From Macrostomum hystrix (lineage: Eukaryota; Animalia; Platyhelminthes), in the NCBI GenBank assembly GCA_950097015.1, contig CATNEN010000001.1, positions 26,226,001 through 26,290,000 on the forward strand: DNA of 64,000 bases, in the 5' to 3' direction. Of the stretch, positions 61,266-64,000 are shown piece by piece. Every line of letters begins with the position of its first letter. The first letter of the stretch is position 1. A program made the position numbers and the translations under genes. The notes beneath the pieces were generated by a model. The model had not been told where the DNA came from. It did no database searches and saw only the letters and a list, made by a program, of their open reading frames with translations.

Positions 61266-61313
61266 AAAGTGATATCGCTGTAGCAGTGCTAGAGACTGAT
61301 GATTGATTAGTTC

Positions 61314-61552
61314 ATTGTACCATGACCTTTTCGCCCGGCGGGCAGAAAGTCTTGCCCGTTAATGGCCATAGATGAATTAATTCTCGGTAATTTTCTTGCG
61401 GGCAGTTAATAGCCATTAACCGCCCGCAAAAAGGCATCGACCAATAGGAATGGCTTACTGAGGCTAAAATGTCTATGGCACCCCCAAGTGGTCAAACGAC
61501 GCCCTCTGATTTTCCATTTACTCCCTTAAAGCATGGGTATTAATGGTATATT
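61314..61552. mobile_element. Second copy of the dispersed repeat at 3224-3579, abutting the Crypton relic
   Basis: Direct sequence match to 3224-3579 with an internal deletion. Confidence 0.7.
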
Positions 61553-61775
61553 GCCTTAGCCCCCCACCGAAAGTTAGGTTTGACACAATTTAACTGAAAC
61601 GTTTAAAAACTTTTCAGTTTCACAATCATGATTCATGCTAGATTACTTATAATTTTCACATCTGCAGCATCTGCTCCACTCTACTTCTTTGTGAGTAGCC
61701 ACAAAAGAGCACGATTTGAGACCAGTCCAAGGAGAGAAGGACTGACACCCTTTGCCATGACAACCATTTCGAGCA

Positions 61776-62825
61776 CAGGGACAACTAAAACCCTCGGGAC
61801 GCGAAACGAGCCAATTCATGGCAAAAAATCTGAGGGGCTCGCTTAAAAGTATTGTTCTATGGCTTTTTCGAGTCTTCTCTGCTATCAGGCATTAACGGTT
61901 AGATTAAATAGCAAAGCGAGGCAATGTCGAGTATTTAATTTAAAGAATAGGAACCAGTGATATAGTTACAATGTATTTACAATAAAGTAACCGCCATATC
62001 AACAAAAAAACTCCAACGGCAAGAAGATAGAAGCAAATACGGAGCTCCAAGGACAAGACGACACAAACAGTCAGTAGCTCGTACATAAAGGAAACGCTGG
62101 AACTTCACCTACTGAGCATCTAACTTCCGAAGCTTTCTATCATGGGATGTCGTCGGTATTGGTGGGAGTTTTGACGAGCGTCTTACTAGTCCTTTGAAAA
62201 AAACGTTGGCTAGCGGACGGGACACACTGTCCATGCTGAACTGTGTCTTAGTTGGAAAGTAAAAGTCCTTAATAACATAAAACAGCTTCTGCACGCGAGT
62301 TGCGCACGTAGGAGAGTGCAGAATAAAACTGCTGTAGACAGGATAAGTCTAATGCTTTACGCACACGCCCATATTGTCAGTCACTCTCTAAAAGAATAAA
62401 TTTTGGGTTTCAAGTTGTTTGGACGAGACTGGCATGCAGAATTGAAGCGGAATTATGCAGCAGTAATGACAGCAAATGATCTGGTTTCTTACCTGGAGAA
62501 TATTTGGCAGCGCCTTTCTCCATCTCTCTCGCTCCTGTGGATCTCTGGGAAACGCAAATATCCGTGTTCGAACGGCTTCAGAGTTGTAATTTGACGAGCA
62601 CGGAAATGCGCTGCACTTTCTTGGCATTTCATCAAGTGAATAAAAAATGCTTCTCTTGATATAGTTCAGCTTAGCTTCACTGCTGGCCGCAGCTAAAGCA
62701 ATTTTAATTTGCTTGATAGCAGAGAAGACTCGAAAAAGCCATAGAACAATACTTTTAAGCGAGCCCCTCAGATTTCTTGCCATGAATTGGCTCGTTTCGC
62801 GTCCCGAGGGTTTTAGTAGTCCCTG
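61776..62825 (-). mobile_element. Internally deleted P-element-superfamily (THAP) transposon
   Basis: ~110-bp TIRs (cagggacaactaaaaccctcggg...ctctgctatca and reverse complement); perfect 8-bp TSD TTCGAGCA; THAP exons 62627-62493 and 62387-62349; probable transposase C-terminal remnant ending at 62109. Confidence 0.9.
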
Positions 62826-63001
62826 TTCGAGCATAAAAGCAGTCTCCGAGCTGCAGCGGGCCAGAGGAAGAATCGCATTGTGCTCACCTTGAGCAGTGCT
62901 CACCAATTAGTCCCATGGCAGCTGGAGGCCCAAGCGATGACCAGGTGAGGGACTCAGAGCCAATCACAGTGCTCTTTCTATTGCTCAAATATTGACTGAA
63001 C

Positions 63002-63553
63002 ATGCCCACTGACTGTTGCATTGCCGACTCTCAGCTGCAGAGACTCGCCCAGCTGACCGTCCAGGGCGACTTTGGCCAGGTGCGCCAACTGGCGACGCGA
63101 CAGCTGGTGGCAAGCACGGATGGCAGCGGAAGAACCATCTTGATGCTGGTGGCCGACGCTCCAGAGACTCCCGTGGAGGCTGAGAAGTGCGTATTGTACT
63201 TATTTGGGTTGGACGCGGATCCGGGAGCGCGTGACGGGGCGGGTGACACGGCAGCGCACGTGGCAGCCAGACGGAACCACCTGCGGCTGCTGGCGCTGCT
63301 GCCGTTCGATGCGAAGTGGCTGCAGAACGAGCGAGGCGCGACACCGCTGATGGAGGCAGCTCGGGCCGGCAGCTGGCGAACCGCGAAACACCTGCTGCAT
63401 CTGCTGAGGCAGTACAGCTATAATGAGTATGAGGAGAGAGGCAACTCGAAGAGGGATCAGCTGCTCGGCCTGCAGGACAGCGAAGGGCAAACCGCGCTCG
63501 ACCTGGCGAGGCAGGGCGGCCACTCAGAGCTGGCCAGCGACATTGAGCGGTGA
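63002..63553 (+). CDS. Small ankyrin-repeat protein, 183 aa
   Basis: Ankyrin motifs DGSGRTILML, DGAGDTAAHVAA, NERGATPLMEAA and DSEGQTALDLA. Confidence 0.85.
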   Translation: MPTDCCIADSQLQRLAQLTVQGDFGQVRQLATRQLVASTDGSGRTILMLVADAPETPVEAEKCVLYLFGLDADPGARDGAGDTAAHVAARRNHLRLLALLPFDAKWLQNERGATPLMEAARAGSWRTAKHLLHLLRQYSYNEYEERGNSKRDQLLGLQDSEGQTALDLARQGGHSELASDIER

Positions 63554-63942
63554 GTGATCAGTTCGCTGCTGTGCCCGATTCGCAGCATTGCAGCTGGGGT
63601 GGCCTGAGCATTGGTCTCAGCCCAGCCAATCAGAGCCAGTCAGCTGAAGCCGCTGTTGTTTGCATGGCCCAATGGGATTTCATTTCGGTGCAGTCGCTTT
63701 TGCATTTCTAGTTTAGCAACTCGAGCTAACTAATAAATCGATTGGAGATCACTCAAATGGGAACCTGTCAATCTGGGAAAGCACTAGAGATGCAGGGGAG
63801 TTTTGTGCATGCAACTGAATTCCCCATGTGTTTGTGTCTCCCACGGGCAGTTACACTTCCCAATATTCTGATTGGCTGAGATTTCACTTCCCTGAACTTC
63901 GCTGAGATTCGCTGACGTGCTCAGAGAAATGCCTGCTGAATG

Positions 63943-64000
63943 TTCAGCTGCCTCAGTCTCAGCCCACAGCCTTCAGCTGCCTCAGTCTCAGCCCACAGCC
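63943..64000. repeat. 29-bp tandem repeat running off the window end
   Basis: ttcagctgcctcagtctcagcccacagcc, two copies. Confidence 0.7.

Noticed and set aside
62388-62906. 172-aa ORF as a THAP protein gene
   Set aside because: It reads through the TIR and an intron; only 62627-62493 is THAP coding sequence.

Overview
Eukaryotic (metazoan) genomic DNA with spliceosomal GT-AG introns, GC-rich coding exons in AT-rich intergenic DNA, and about 20 minisatellite arrays. This style suggests a free-living flatworm such as Macrostomum lignano; that is inference, not proof. Genes I could reconstruct by hand: UBE2V/Uev1 (3 exons, minus strand), a C2H2 zinc-finger gene, an 8-exon ~2130-aa NWD1/2-like NACHT protein with an unexpected C-terminal Dpy-30 motif, four co-oriented plus-strand genes (a disordered repeat protein, spinster/SPNS1, mRpL50, SREK1IP1), a 4-exon GT32-like glycosyltransferase lacking its DxD motif, an intronless Slo1/BK channel, an intronless class A GPCR, an ankyrin-repeat gene and two unknown genes. 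Mobile DNA includes hAT/Buster MITEs, a TTAA (piggyBac-like) MITE, a CATAG-ended MITE family, an internally deleted Tc1/mariner, an internally deleted P-like THAP element, a Crypton (DUF3504) relic, a possible Merlin relic and tRNA-derived SINEs. The most interesting signals are: (1) mRpL50 has no genomic start codon before its apparent mitochondrial presequence but has a phase-0 splice acceptor exactly where the flatworm spliced-leader AUG would supply one, inside a candidate operon; (2) the NACHT + Dpy-30 architecture; (3) minisatellites that appear to be seeded from splice-site and stop-codon sequences; (4) an intronless BK paralogue with a substituted Mg2+-site residue. Most long ORFs in the supplied track are repeat artefacts. 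Gene models and family calls were made by eye and need RNA-seq and HMM confirmation.
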